A stretch of DNA of 64,000 nucleotides, taken from NCBI GenBank assembly GCA_963766935.1, contig CAVYBY010000002.1, forward strand, positions 289,372 to 353,371. The letters run 5' to 3'. The notes below the pieces were generated by a model, which was not told the origin of the DNA, ran no database searches, and saw only the letters and a program-made list of their open reading frames with translations. Origin of the DNA: an uncultured Actinomycetes bacterium. GTDB taxonomy: Bacteria; Actinomycetota; UBA4738; HRBIN12. A program made the position numbers and the translations under genes. This document shows, piece after piece, positions 1 through 9,001 of this stretch (position 1 is its first letter; each line of letters starts with the position of its first letter).

Positions 1-746
1 ACGAACATCTCGACGAACTCCGAGCCGCTCATGAAGAAGAACGGCACGTTGGCCTCGCCGGCCACGGCGCGCGCCAGCAGCGTCTTGCCGCACCCGGGCG
101 GTCCCAGCAGGAGGACGCCCTTGGGGATGCGGCCACCGAGCCGCTGGTACTTCTTCGGGTTGCTGAGGAAATCGACGATCTCCCTCAGCTCGTCGCGGGC
201 CTCGTCGACGCCGGCGACGTCGGCGAACGTGGTCTTCATCTCTTTGCGGTCGTAGATCTTGACCTTGTTGCGGCCGAGGTTGAGCGCACCGGTCGCGGCG
301 CCGCCGGCTCGCCGGAAGAGGAACCAGTACGCGACGCCGAACAGCAGGATAAAGGGCAAGACGTTGACGAGCAGCCCCACGAGGACGCTCGGCTGCGAAC
401 CCTCGTAGTCGACGTGCGCCGCCGTAAGCTGCTCGGTGAGCGGCTGGGTGTCGTAGTTGGGGGGCAGCGTGGCCGTCACGTCGACCTGCCCGCCGTCCTT
501 CTCGATCGTCCCGGAGATCGATGTCGCGCTGATCTTCACGGGCGTCCCGTCGACCACCTGGCCGGCGTTGACCGCCTGGATGAACCCGCCGAGCGAGATC
601 GCCTCGGTGTTGGCGTTTCGCAGGAGGCTGCTCACCAGGAGCAGACCGACGAACAGCACGAGGATCGAGACCCAGGCCATCCGGGGGCGGGGGACGTTGG
701 GAGTGCCGTCGGCGGAGCCTTTTCGCTGGCGATTGTTTTCGGGCAT
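1..746 (-). CDS. ftsH: ATP-dependent zinc metalloprotease FtsH, N-terminal part (gene continues beyond window start)
   Basis: Reverse-strand translation gives an N-terminal TM region followed by the AAA Walker A and downstream motif ...[37 protein letters not shown]. Start ATG is the complement of 744-746. Confidence 0.85.
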   Translation of the reverse strand, partial: MPENNRQRKGSADGTPNVPRPRMAWVSILVLFVGLLLVSSLLRNANTEAISLGGFIQAVNAGQVVDGTPVKISATSISGTIEKDGGQVDVTATLPPNYDTQPLTEQLTAAHVDYEGSQPSVLVGLLVNVLPFILLFGVAYWFLFRRAGGAATGALNLGRNKVKIYDRKEMKTTFADVAGVDEARDELREIVDFLSNPKKYQRLGGRIPKGVLLLGPPGCGKTLLARAVAGEANVPFFFMSGSEFVEMF

Positions 747-818
747 GTGACCTCAATCTTCCCATCGGCCTTGGGATGTGACAGTCCGCCTACACTGTCG
801 GCCCCGAGACGGGCTGGC

Positions 819-844
819 GGGATCGGCCACCTGGGGGACGCGTT
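819..844 (+). promoter_or_regulatory. Candidate SigR/SigH-type ECF promoter: GGGAT-N18-GTT
   Basis: GGGAT at 819-823, 18-nt spacer, GTT at 842-844, 9 nt upstream of the sigma ATG (854). Resembles the GGAAT-N18-GTT consensus. Confidence 0.3.
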
Positions 845-853
845 CGGAGGACG

Positions 854-1453
854 ATGGCACAGGCAGCGGCAACCGACGACGAGGCACTGCGAGAGCGCTT
901 CGACCGTGAGGTTCTTCCCTTGCTGCCCAGCATGTACGGTGCGGCCCTTCGCCTCACGCGGAATCCGACCGACGCCGAGGATCTCGTCCAGGAGACCGTT
1001 CTTCGGGCCTTCCGCGGATTCTCGGGGTTCAAAGAGGGGACGAACCTCAAGGCCTGGCTCTACAGAATCCTCACAAACGGGTTCATCAACACCTACCGGA
1101 AGAAGCAGCGGGAGCCACAGATCGTCGACGGCCCCGACGACCTGGAGGAGTGGTATCTGTTCGACCGGATCGGGGCCCAGGGGGCCGAGGGCTCGGCCGA
1201 GGACGCGGTTCTCGATCGCATGCCCGACGAGGACGTGAAGCGTGCCCTGGAGTCGATCCCGGAGAACTTTCGGATCCCGGTGCTCCTGGCCGATGTGGAG
1301 GGATTCAGCTACAAAGAGATCGCCGACATCATGTCCACACCCATCGGAACGGTCATGAGCCGCCTCCATCGGGGAAGGAAGGCGCTTGAAAAGGCGTTGT
1401 GGGACACAGCGAAGGAGCGGGGCCTAGTGGACGGGGACCATGGCGATTCCTGA
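854..1453 (+). CDS. ECF RNA polymerase sigma factor, SigR/SigH/SigE-like
   Basis: 199 aa. Region 2 motifs ([36 protein letters not shown]) and region 4 HTH ([29 protein letters not shown]). Confidence 0.9.
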   Translation: MAQAAATDDEALRERFDREVLPLLPSMYGAALRLTRNPTDAEDLVQETVLRAFRGFSGFKEGTNLKAWLYRILTNGFINTYRKKQREPQIVDGPDDLEEWYLFDRIGAQGAEGSAEDAVLDRMPDEDVKRALESIPENFRIPVLLADVEGFSYKEIADIMSTPIGTVMSRLHRGRKALEKALWDTAKERGLVDGDHGDS

Positions 1454-1703
1454 TTGTGGACCGGAGTGTCAAGAGACCTTGCGTGAGGTCGAGCGCTTCC
1501 TCGACGGCGAGCTCGACGACGTGGTCCGGATCCGCATCGAGCATCACCTCTCCGACTGCAATCCGTGCATGAAGCGAACCGAGTTCCGCCGCTACGTGCG
1601 AGTCGTGGTCGCGTCCAAATGCGGGTCCGAAGAGCCGCCCGACGGTCTCAAGGATCGGATCCTCGAGTTGCTTCGCCAGCAGGAGCCCCGGGAGACCGGT
1701 TGA
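1440..1703 (+). CDS. Zinc-associated anti-sigma factor (ZAS; RsrA/RshA-like)
   Basis: 87 aa. Overlaps the sigma gene by 14 nt. Carries the HxxxCxxC motif (HHLSDCNPC) plus an upstream Cys, typical of the redox-sensing ZAS family. Confidence 0.85.
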   Translation: MAIPDCGPECQETLREVERFLDGELDDVVRIRIEHHLSDCNPCMKRTEFRRYVRVVVASKCGSEEPPDGLKDRILELLRQQEPRETG

Positions 1704-3199
1704 CCCGCCCGCCGTCCCCGGTTCCGGATCTCGACTGGGACCCGAAACGCGCCCGCGCCTTTGCGAGCCGGATGACGGACATCTGGCAGGAGCTCCTCGA
1801 GCGGCTCCCCGACGAACCCGTCGCAAAGACCTGGACGGCCGCGCAGGTTCGCTCCGCCGTCGCGATTCCGGTTCCCGATGCCCCGATGTCCGACGACGAG
1901 TTGTTCGCGTATCTGCACGAGGTCGTGTTCGACTGGTCGGGGTTCCTGGGCCACCCGCGCTTCATGGCGTATGTGAGCGGTGCGGGGACCGTCCCCGGCG
2001 CCGCCGCCGATCTGCTGGCCGCCGGGATCAACATGAACGTCGGCGGCTGGATGCTGTCGCCGAGCGCGACCGAGATCGAGCTGCACCTGTGCCGCTGGTT
2101 CGCCCGTGACGTGTTCGGGCTGCCCGATGGCGCCGGCGGCGAGTTGACCTCGGGAGGGGCAATGGCGAACTTCGTCGCCCTGAAGGTTGCCCGCGACCGT
2201 CGCGCCGGGTGGGACGTTCGTCGCGACGGCGTCTCCGCCGGACCGCCGCTCGGCCTGTATCTGTCGACCGAGACCCACGTCGTCAGCGACCGCGCGGCGG
2301 ACATGCTCGGGATCGGGATGACGGCGGTTCGGCATATCCCGGTCGACGGCTCCTACCGGATGCGGGTCGACGAGCTCCGAGCCTCCATCGCGGAGGACCG
2401 CGCGGTCGGGATCCACCCGTTCGCGGTGGTCGGCACGGCGGGGACGGTGGCGACCGGCGTGATCGATCCGTTGGGCGACATCGCCGACGTGTGCTCTGCC
2501 GAGGAGCTCTGGTTCCACGTTGACGCCGCCTACGGCGGCCCGGCGATGCTGGCCGACGACCTGCGGCCCGGCTTCGCGGGAATCGAACGAGCGGACTCGA
2601 TCGCGTTCGATCCGCACAAGTGGCTGTACACCCCGCACGCGGGCGGTTGCGTGCTCGTCCGCGATGTCTCGCACCTTCGCGAGTCGTTCGACGTCTTTGC
2701 GACCTACACCGTGCAGGACAAGGACGCGACCGGCCACGGCCCCGATCTCAGCCGCTGGGGCCCCAGCTTCAGCCGCAGCTTCTGGGCACTCAAGGTGTGG
2801 GTCTCGCTGCTTGCGCATGGACGGAGCGCGTACGCGCGGCGGATCTCGCACGACGCCGAGCTCGCCAGGTATCTCGGCGACCGGGTGGGGGAGCGCGACG
2901 ACTTCGAGCTGTGCGCTCCGGTCGGCCTTTCGATCTGCTGCTTCCGGTTCGTCCCGCCCGGGCTCGCCCACGGCGACGGACGGGAACCGTATCTGAACGA
3001 TCTGAACCGCCGGCTCATGACCGAGATCCAGCTCGACGGGCGGGTCTTCTGCTCGAACGCGATCCTCGGGGACCGGTTCACCCTGCGTGTCTGCGTCGTC
3101 AACTTCCGGACGGAGGCCGACGACATGGACGCGGTGCTGGATGTCGCCGCCGAGCTCGGCGCGAAGCTCGACCACGAGCACCGTCCGTCTGTCCTGTGA
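1700..3199 (+). CDS. Group II pyridoxal-phosphate-dependent amino-acid decarboxylase (aromatic-L-amino-acid/glutamate/CSAD family)
   Basis: PLP-lysine region FDPHKWLYTPHAGGCVLVRD. Family motifs GGAMANFVALKVARD and HVDAAYGGPA. The start is uncertain: TTG at 1700 overlaps the anti-sigma stop, or ATG at 1772. Confidence 0.8.
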   Translation: MTRPPSPVPDLDWDPKRARAFASRMTDIWQELLERLPDEPVAKTWTAAQVRSAVAIPVPDAPMSDDELFAYLHEVVFDWSGFLGHPRFMAYVSGAGTVPGAAADLLAAGINMNVGGWMLSPSATEIELHLCRWFARDVFGLPDGAGGELTSGGAMANFVALKVARDRRAGWDVRRDGVSAGPPLGLYLSTETHVVSDRAADMLGIGMTAVRHIPVDGSYRMRVDELRASIAEDRAVGIHPFAVVGTAGTVATGVIDPLGDIADVCSAEELWFHVDAAYGGPAMLADDLRPGFAGIERADSIAFDPHKWLYTPHAGGCVLVRDVSHLRESFDVFATYTVQDKDATGHGPDLSRWGPSFSRSFWALKVWVSLLAHGRSAYARRISHDAELARYLGDRVGERDDFELCAPVGLSICCFRFVPPGLAHGDGREPYLNDLNRRLMTEIQLDGRVFCSNAILGDRFTLRVCVVNFRTEADDMDAVLDVAAELGAKLDHEHRPSVL

Positions 3200-3226
3200 T
3201 GGCCGCGCCCTGATGGCCGCACGCTG

Positions 3227-3883
3227 ATGGGAAAGGGGCTCGATCGCGCGGATCCGATCGAACGCAGGGCGCCCGAGGTCATCCGGCGCCTGTCGGCGGC
3301 GTACCCGGACGCACGCGTCGCGCTCGAGTTCTCGAACCCGCTCGAGATGCTCGTCGCCACGATCCTGTCGGCGCAGTGCACGGACGAACGCGTCAACCGC
3401 GTGACGAAGGAGCTGTTCGCCAAGTACCGGAGCCCGGCCGACTATCTCGCCGCTCCGGAGTCCGAGCTTGCCGCCGACATCAAATCGACCGGCTTCTTCA
3501 ACCAGAAGACCCGCTCGATTCGCGGCGCGATGCAGCGGATCGTGGACGAGTACGGCGGAGCGGTGCCCGGGACGATGGAGGATCTCCTCACCCTGCCGGG
3601 GGTCGCCCGCAAGACGGCCAACATCGTTCTCGGCAACGGGTTCGGGGTCGTCGAGGGGATCGCCGTCGACACCCACGTCCGACGGCTGGCGAACCGCATC
3701 GGCTTCAGCGAGGAACACGACCCCGGCAAGATCGAGCGCGACCTCATGCGGCTCGTCCCCGAGGACCGATGGTTCGACTTCACCTACGTCCTCATCGATC
3801 ACGGCCGGGCCGTCTGCGTTGCCCGAAATCCGAAGTGCTCAGTGTGCCCGATCGAGCCGCTGTGTCCGTCGAGCCGGGCATGA
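3227..3883 (+). CDS. nth: Endonuclease III (DNA-(apurinic or apyrimidinic site) lyase)
   Basis: HhH-GPD motif LPGVARKTANIVL. C-terminal 4Fe-4S cluster loop CVARNPKCSVCPIEPLC. Confidence 0.9.
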   Translation: MGKGLDRADPIERRAPEVIRRLSAAYPDARVALEFSNPLEMLVATILSAQCTDERVNRVTKELFAKYRSPADYLAAPESELAADIKSTGFFNQKTRSIRGAMQRIVDEYGGAVPGTMEDLLTLPGVARKTANIVLGNGFGVVEGIAVDTHVRRLANRIGFSEEHDPGKIERDLMRLVPEDRWFDFTYVLIDHGRAVCVARNPKCSVCPIEPLCPSSRA

Positions 3884-4626
3884 GCGACCGGGTTCTGCGC
3901 GACGACCGGCCGTTGCTCGTCGCCCACCGGGGGGCCTCCGCCGTCCTTGCCGAGAACACGATCCCCGCGTTCGAGGCGGCGATCGAGGCCGGCGCCGACG
4001 CCGTCGAGTTCGACGTCCGTATGACGGCCGACGGCGCCGCCGTCGTGATGCACGACCCCGACGTCGGCCGCACGACCGGTGGCTCCGGTCTGGTCCGCGA
4101 TCTCACCCTCGCCGACATGCGGCGGCTTGGAGTCCCCACGCTCGAGGATGCGCTCGGGTGCTGCTCGGGCCGTGTGGCGGTCGACGTCGAGATCAAGAAC
4201 CTGCCGGGCGAGCCGGATTTCCAGCCCGATCGGCAGGATGCGGTCGAAGCGACCGTCGGCGCGCTGGCGATCGTCGGGTTCTCCGGCGCCGTGATGATCT
4301 CGAGCTTCAACCCGCTGGCGATCGCGCACGCGCGAGCCATCGCTCCGGACGTCCCGACCGGGCTCTTGACCGGCACGGACGTCGACGCCCCGGCCGCGAT
4401 GCAGTTCGCCGCCGCCGAGGGCCACCCGTGGGTCCTGCCGTTTCTCGGGCGGGTCCTCGATGCGCCGGAGCTTCCCGCGCAGGCTCACGCCGCCGGCCTC
4501 CGGCTGGGCGTGTGGCTCACCGACGATCCCAGGGTCGCCGTCCGTCTCTGGCGGGCCGGCGTCGACGCGGTCGCCACGAACGACCCGGCACCGCTTGCCA
4601 GAGCCAGGGCGGCGGCCTTCGGATGA
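3880..4626 (+). CDS. Glycerophosphodiester phosphodiesterase (GDPD family)
   Basis: N-terminal HRG motif (LLVAHRGASAVLAENT) and EFDV motif (ADAVEFDVRMTADG). ATGA overlap with the nth stop. Confidence 0.85.
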   Translation: MSDRVLRDDRPLLVAHRGASAVLAENTIPAFEAAIEAGADAVEFDVRMTADGAAVVMHDPDVGRTTGGSGLVRDLTLADMRRLGVPTLEDALGCCSGRVAVDVEIKNLPGEPDFQPDRQDAVEATVGALAIVGFSGAVMISSFNPLAIAHARAIAPDVPTGLLTGTDVDAPAAMQFAAAEGHPWVLPFLGRVLDAPELPAQAHAAGLRLGVWLTDDPRVAVRLWRAGVDAVATNDPAPLARARAAAFG

Positions 4627-5075
4627 CGCGCTGCATTCGCCGGTTCGCTCGGCGGCGGCTGCCGCCCGAGCTGGAGGCGTCGTATGCCGGGTTCCAGGGG
4701 GTCCTGGCCGAGCTCGAGCCGGCGAAAGCGGCTCTGCCGGCCGCGATGCCCACCACCCGCATGCCAGGACGTCCGCTTCCGGACGTCCTGCTCGAATTCG
4801 AGACACGGCTCCATGCGGCGGCCGAGCGGATGCCCGGCTGGCGGACGCCCGAGCTCGAGGTCTCCTGGACGGCCTGCACGGCGGGGATCGACGAGGCGCT
4901 CGGCCGGGCCCGGCGCCTGCGCGAGGAGGCCCCCGACCTCGGCGGATTCGAAGGGCTGGTCTGGGCCGTCGGCGATCTGCTCGCCCCGCTCGAGCCGTTC
5001 GAGGCGGCCGCCGCGCGATTCGAGAAGCTCCGCCGCCGGGACGGGCTCACGAGCCCGAGCCGGCGCCCGCGATAG
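4623..5075 (+). CDS. Hypothetical protein (150 aa)
   Basis: ATGA overlap with the GDPD stop. Strong GC3 codon bias in this frame. No recognisable motif. Confidence 0.5.
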   Translation: MTRCIRRFARRRLPPELEASYAGFQGVLAELEPAKAALPAAMPTTRMPGRPLPDVLLEFETRLHAAAERMPGWRTPELEVSWTACTAGIDEALGRARRLREEAPDLGGFEGLVWAVGDLLAPLEPFEAAAARFEKLRRRDGLTSPSRRPR

Positions 5076-5102
5076 CCTGCGTCCCATGAGGGGGGTCCGG
5101 TA

Positions 5103-5768
5103 GTGGCCGGCGTCGAGACGCTGTCGGGGGAGTGTCTCGCCCTCACGGAACAGCTCCACCGGTGCGACGAGGCCGACTTCGGGCGGCCGACCCGGTTGCC
5201 GGCCTGGACCGTCAAGGACGTGGTCGCCCATCTGTCTCGCGGCATGGACCGCATCCGGTGGGCGCTCTCGCGGCTGGCGCCCGCGGCGGCGGACACCGAC
5301 GCCGTGACGTACTGGCGCCGCTACGTTTCCGCGGTCGCGGCGCCCGCCGTCGCCGAGCGCGCAATCGCGATCGCGGCGGGCTTTCCCACGGGGGCGGCCC
5401 TCGTCGACGAGTTCGAGTCGACCTGGCGCGAGAGCACGCAGCTGGCCGTCGCCGCGGCGCCGGACCGGGTCGTCGGTACGTGGGGACCGACGCTGCGGCT
5501 CGACGATTACCTGGCCACGAGGCTGCTCGAGGTCTCGGTGCACGGGCTCGACCTTGCGGCGGCGCTCGACCGCCCGCCGTGGCTGACCCCCGGCGGAGCC
5601 CAGGTCACGCGGTGGATCCTGTCCGAGCTTCTGGGGACGGAGCCGCCGGCGACCCAGGCCATGGACGACATCGAGTTCATCGAGGTGGGAACCGGGCGCC
5701 GGCGGCCGACGCGCGCCGAGCGCCTCTCGCTCGGCCCCCTCGCGGATCGGTTCCCCCTGCTCGCGTGA
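5103..5768 (+). CDS. Mycothiol-dependent maleylpyruvate isomerase N-terminal (DinB/YfiT-like) domain protein
   Basis: GTG start. WTVKDVVAHLSRG pattern characteristic of the MDMPI_N / TIGR03083 family. Confidence 0.7.
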   Translation: MAGVETLSGECLALTEQLHRCDEADFGRPTRLPAWTVKDVVAHLSRGMDRIRWALSRLAPAAADTDAVTYWRRYVSAVAAPAVAERAIAIAAGFPTGAALVDEFESTWRESTQLAVAAAPDRVVGTWGPTLRLDDYLATRLLEVSVHGLDLAAALDRPPWLTPGGAQVTRWILSELLGTEPPATQAMDDIEFIEVGTGRRRPTRAERLSLGPLADRFPLLA

Positions 5769-6448
5769 GTGCTGCGGGTCTGGCCGCCGTCGAGCGGCGG
5801 GTGATCGCCTGCCGGGCGTGCCCCAGGCTGGTCGCCTGGCGCGAGCAGGTGGCGCGGGAACGAGCCCCCCGGTTCGCGGACCAGGAGTACTGGGGCCGTC
5901 CCGTGCCGGGCTTCGGCGATCCTCGTGCCCACATCCTCGTCGTCGGGCTCGCGCCCGCGGCGCACGGCGGGAATCGAACGGGCCGCGTGTTCACCGGCGA
6001 CCGCTCGGGGGACTTCCTGTTCGCCGCGCTGTGGCGCGCCGGCCTTGCCAGCCAGCCGGACTCGGTGCGGCCCGGTGACGGGCTGCGACTCCGCGACGTC
6101 TTCATTTCTGCGGTGAATCGGTGCGCGCCGCCGGCAAACCGGCCGACCCCCGAGGAGCGCGACCGGTGCCTGCCGTTTCTCGCCGATGAGATCCGCGCGC
6201 TCGGACGGGTACGGGTGATCGTGGCGCTCGGGGCCCTCGCGTGGGACGGCGCGCTTCGGGCGATGGCCGACCTCGGGCATCCGGTCAGGCCGAAGCCCCG
6301 GTTTGCCCACGGCGCCGAGGCCGCGGTGGGACCCGTCGTCCTTCTGGGCACGTACCACCCGAGCCAGCAGAACACGTTCACCGGCAGGCTCACGGCCCCG
6401 ATGTTCGACGCAGTCCTGGAACGGGCGGCGGCGATCGCAACGCCCTAG
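5765..6448 (+). CDS. Uracil-DNA glycosylase, family 5 (UdgB-type)
   Basis: GTGA overlap with the upstream gene. Motif GLAPAAHGGNRTGRVFTGD (GLAPA variant of the GEAPG motif) and C-terminal HPS motif. Confidence 0.85.
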   Translation: MSAAGLAAVERRVIACRACPRLVAWREQVARERAPRFADQEYWGRPVPGFGDPRAHILVVGLAPAAHGGNRTGRVFTGDRSGDFLFAALWRAGLASQPDSVRPGDGLRLRDVFISAVNRCAPPANRPTPEERDRCLPFLADEIRALGRVRVIVALGALAWDGALRAMADLGHPVRPKPRFAHGAEAAVGPVVLLGTYHPSQQNTFTGRLTAPMFDAVLERAAAIATP

Positions 6449-6489
6449 CTCGGCGGGGCTTCGCTCGGGGCCCGCGTATCCTGCTCGTC

Positions 6490-8457
6490 ATGGGCGGGCA
6501 CTACCGCATGTTCGGCGTGCACACCGAAGTCGAAAAGCGACCGATCCCCAAGGGAACGGTGCGCCGCGTCGTCGGCACCTTCCGGCCGTACAAGAGGCGG
6601 GTGACCTGGGTCGCCGTGATGATCGTGATCACGTCCGGGCTCGGGGTCGTCAACCCGTTGCTGATCAGGGCGGTGTTCGACCGGGCGCTCTTCGGTTCCG
6701 GGGGCGACTGCGCCGGCGCGTCCTGCCCCAACCTGCCACTGCTGTACGTCTACGTCGCGTTCATGATCGGGATTCCGATCGTCACGAGCGTGATCGGGAT
6801 CGGCCAGACGTATCTCGCCAACCTCGTCGGCCTCCGCGTGATGCAGGACATGCGAAACGCCCTCTACAAGCATCTCCAGGCGATGCCGCTGCGCTTCTTC
6901 ACGACCACGCGGACGGGCGAGATCCAGTCGCGGCTCAGCAACGACGTGGGCGGGGTCCAGTCGGTCGTCACCGACACGGCGTCGAGCATCCTGTCCAACA
7001 CGGTCACGATCGCAAGCCGGCTGATCGCGATGCTGATCCTGTCGGTCCCACTCACGATCCTGTCGCTGTTCATGTTGCCGCTGTTCATGTGGCTCACCGT
7101 GAAGGTGGGCCGGGCGCGCCGTGAGGTCTCCACGAGCACCCAGCGCACGCTCGCCGACCTGACCGCGATCACGGAGGAGACGCTGTCGGTATCGGGGATC
7201 CTGCTGTCGAAGTCGTTCGGGCGGCAGACCCACGAGATCGGCCGGTTCCGCGAGGAGAACGAGCGCCTCACGGGCCTGCAGATCCGCCAGACGATGATCG
7301 GCCGCTCGTTCTTCGCCGTCGTCGGGACGTTCTTCTCGATCACCCCGGCGCTCGTGTACCTCGTGGCCGGCTTGGTCCTGTCCGGCGGTGGGACGCACAT
7401 CACGTCGGGCACCCTCGTGGCGTTCACCACCCTGCAGGCGGCTCTGTTCTTCCCGATCGGTTCGATGCTGCAGGTCTCGACCGACGTGCAGTCCTCCCTC
7501 GCGCTGTTCGACCGGATCTTCGAGTACCTCGATCTCGAGCGCGAGATCCGCGACGCACCCGACGCCGTCCGTCTCGACCCGAGCTCGGTCGGCGGGGCGG
7601 TGCGGCTCGACCACGTCAGGTTCCGGTACGAGACGAACCCGCAGGACGGGGTCGCGCCGGTCCCTTCGGACGGCGAAGCCGAGGTCCAGGCGCGCGAGTG
7701 GACGCTCGACGACGTGTCGCTCGACATCGAGCCAGGGCACCTCGCGGCGCTCGTGGGGCCTTCCGGTGCGGGCAAGACCACGATCACGTATCTGGTGCCG
7801 CGCCTGTACGACGTGCAGGAGGGTTCGGTCACGATCGACAACCTGGACGTGCGCCGGATCGCCCTCGAGAGCCTCGGCGACGTCATCGGCGTCGTGACGC
7901 AGGAGACCTATCTGTTCCACACGACGATCCGCAGAAATCTCCTATACGGCAAGCCCGATGCGAGCCAGGAGGAGCTGGAGGCGGCGGCCCGGGCGGCCAA
8001 TATCCACGACCGGATCGCCGAGCTTCCCGAGGCCTACGACACGATCGTCGGCGAGCGCGGCTACAAGCTCTCGGGCGGGGAGAAACAGCGGCTCGCGATC
8101 GCGCGCGTGATCCTCAAGGATCCGCGGATCCTCATCCTGGACGAAGCCACGTCCTCGCTCGACACGACCTCCGAGCGGCTCGTCCAAGCCGCGCTCGTGC
8201 CGCTCATGCAGGGGCGCACGACGATCGCCATCGCGCACCGGTTGAGCACGATCCTGGCCGCCGACGTGATCTTCGTCATCGACCGGGGCCGCGTCGTCGA
8301 ACGCGGGAACCACGACGAGCTGCTCGCCAAGGGCGGACTGTACGCGCGCCTGTACGAGCAGCAGTTCCGGAGCGGCCTCGTCGAGGCCGAATTCGAAGAC
8401 GGCGTCCTTCTTGCGAGCGGCGAGGTCGTGCGGCCGGCGGGCGAGCCCGGGGCCTGA
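6490..8457 (+). CDS. ABC transporter, fused permease/ATP-binding exporter (MsbA/ABCB type)
   Basis: 655 aa. Six-TM N-terminal domain. Walker A GPSGAGKTT, signature LSGGEKQRLAIAR, Walker B ILILDEATS. Confidence 0.9.
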   Translation: MGGHYRMFGVHTEVEKRPIPKGTVRRVVGTFRPYKRRVTWVAVMIVITSGLGVVNPLLIRAVFDRALFGSGGDCAGASCPNLPLLYVYVAFMIGIPIVTSVIGIGQTYLANLVGLRVMQDMRNALYKHLQAMPLRFFTTTRTGEIQSRLSNDVGGVQSVVTDTASSILSNTVTIASRLIAMLILSVPLTILSLFMLPLFMWLTVKVGRARREVSTSTQRTLADLTAITEETLSVSGILLSKSFGRQTHEIGRFREENERLTGLQIRQTMIGRSFFAVVGTFFSITPALVYLVAGLVLSGGGTHITSGTLVAFTTLQAALFFPIGSMLQVSTDVQSSLALFDRIFEYLDLEREIRDAPDAVRLDPSSVGGAVRLDHVRFRYETNPQDGVAPVPSDGEAEVQAREWTLDDVSLDIEPGHLAALVGPSGAGKTTITYLVPRLYDVQEGSVTIDNLDVRRIALESLGDVIGVVTQETYLFHTTIRRNLLYGKPDASQEELEAAARAANIHDRIAELPEAYDTIVGERGYKLSGGEKQRLAIARVILKDPRILILDEATSSLDTTSERLVQAALVPLMQGRTTIAIAHRLSTILAADVIFVIDRGRVVERGNHDELLAKGGLYARLYEQQFRSGLVEAEFEDGVLLASGEVVRPAGEPGA

Positions 8458-8500
8458 GGCCGAGATCAGGCCGAGAGATCAGGCCGAGAGATCAGGCCAG
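8455..8500. repeat. 13-bp tandem repeat (~3.5 copies of AGGCCGAGAGATC)
   Basis: Direct repeats read straight from the sequence. They span the convergent stop codons of the ABC exporter (8455-8457) and the GNAT gene (8492-8494). Confidence 0.6.
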
Positions 8501-8992
8501 GCGCTTCGAGTACGAGAGCAGGACGAAGCCGTCCGGGAAGACCCGGTCGGGGCCGCGGCGATATCCGAGTGCCTCGTACATCTGCTGGGCCGCGCCCATC
8601 CGATGCGTGGTGTTCAGGGACAGCTTCGTTCGTCCCGCCGCAACGGCGCGCTCCTCGCACGCCGCCATCAGCGCCCGAGCGATGCCACGCCGCCGGGCCG
8701 CCGTGGCGACTCCAAGCATCCGGATGTGTGCCTCGCCCAGCTCGAGCGGCGGGTCGTCGCCGGGCTCGACCCGCCCGTCGAGCTCGAGCGTGGCGCTCCC
8801 GACGATCGAGGCTCCGTCGATTGCGACGAGCACCGTGGTCCGGTCCGCTCGCCCGCCGACGTCTGCGATGTGAAGGAGATACTCCTGCCATTGGGCGTCG
8901 CCCGTCTCGGGCACGAACTCCCGGTAGGCATCCGCTGTGACGGCGCCGGCTTCGGCGTGCTCGTCCGCCCTTGCCTCTCGGATCTCGATCAC
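8492..8992 (-). CDS. GNAT family N-acetyltransferase
   Basis: 166 aa. Acetyl-CoA binding motif region RRRGIARALMAACEERA. Confidence 0.8.
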   Translation of the reverse strand: MIEIREARADEHAEAGAVTADAYREFVPETGDAQWQEYLLHIADVGGRADRTTVLVAIDGASIVGSATLELDGRVEPGDDPPLELGEAHIRMLGVATAARRRGIARALMAACEERAVAAGRTKLSLNTTHRMGAAQQMYEALGYRRGPDRVFPDGFVLLSYSKRLA

Positions 8993-9001
8993 GGCGATCG
9001 T

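Noticed and set aside
1592-3802. 736-aa ORF on the minus strand (and similar very long ORFs: 3468-5075 +, 23319-25256 -, 35437-36861 -, 37584-39041 -, 55599-57662 -, 57101-61156 - at 1351 aa)
   Set aside because: Arg/Gly/Pro-rich low-complexity translations typical of out-of-frame or antisense reading of >70 % GC coding DNA. Each lies antisense or out of frame to genes with unambiguous conserved motifs (decarboxylase, nth, thrC, prmC, glyA, ADH, PrsW/MeaB/NikMN).
8455-8500. Possible CRISPR array
   Set aside because: Only ~3.5 directly abutting 13-bp units with no spacers and no cas genes. It is a simple tandem repeat.
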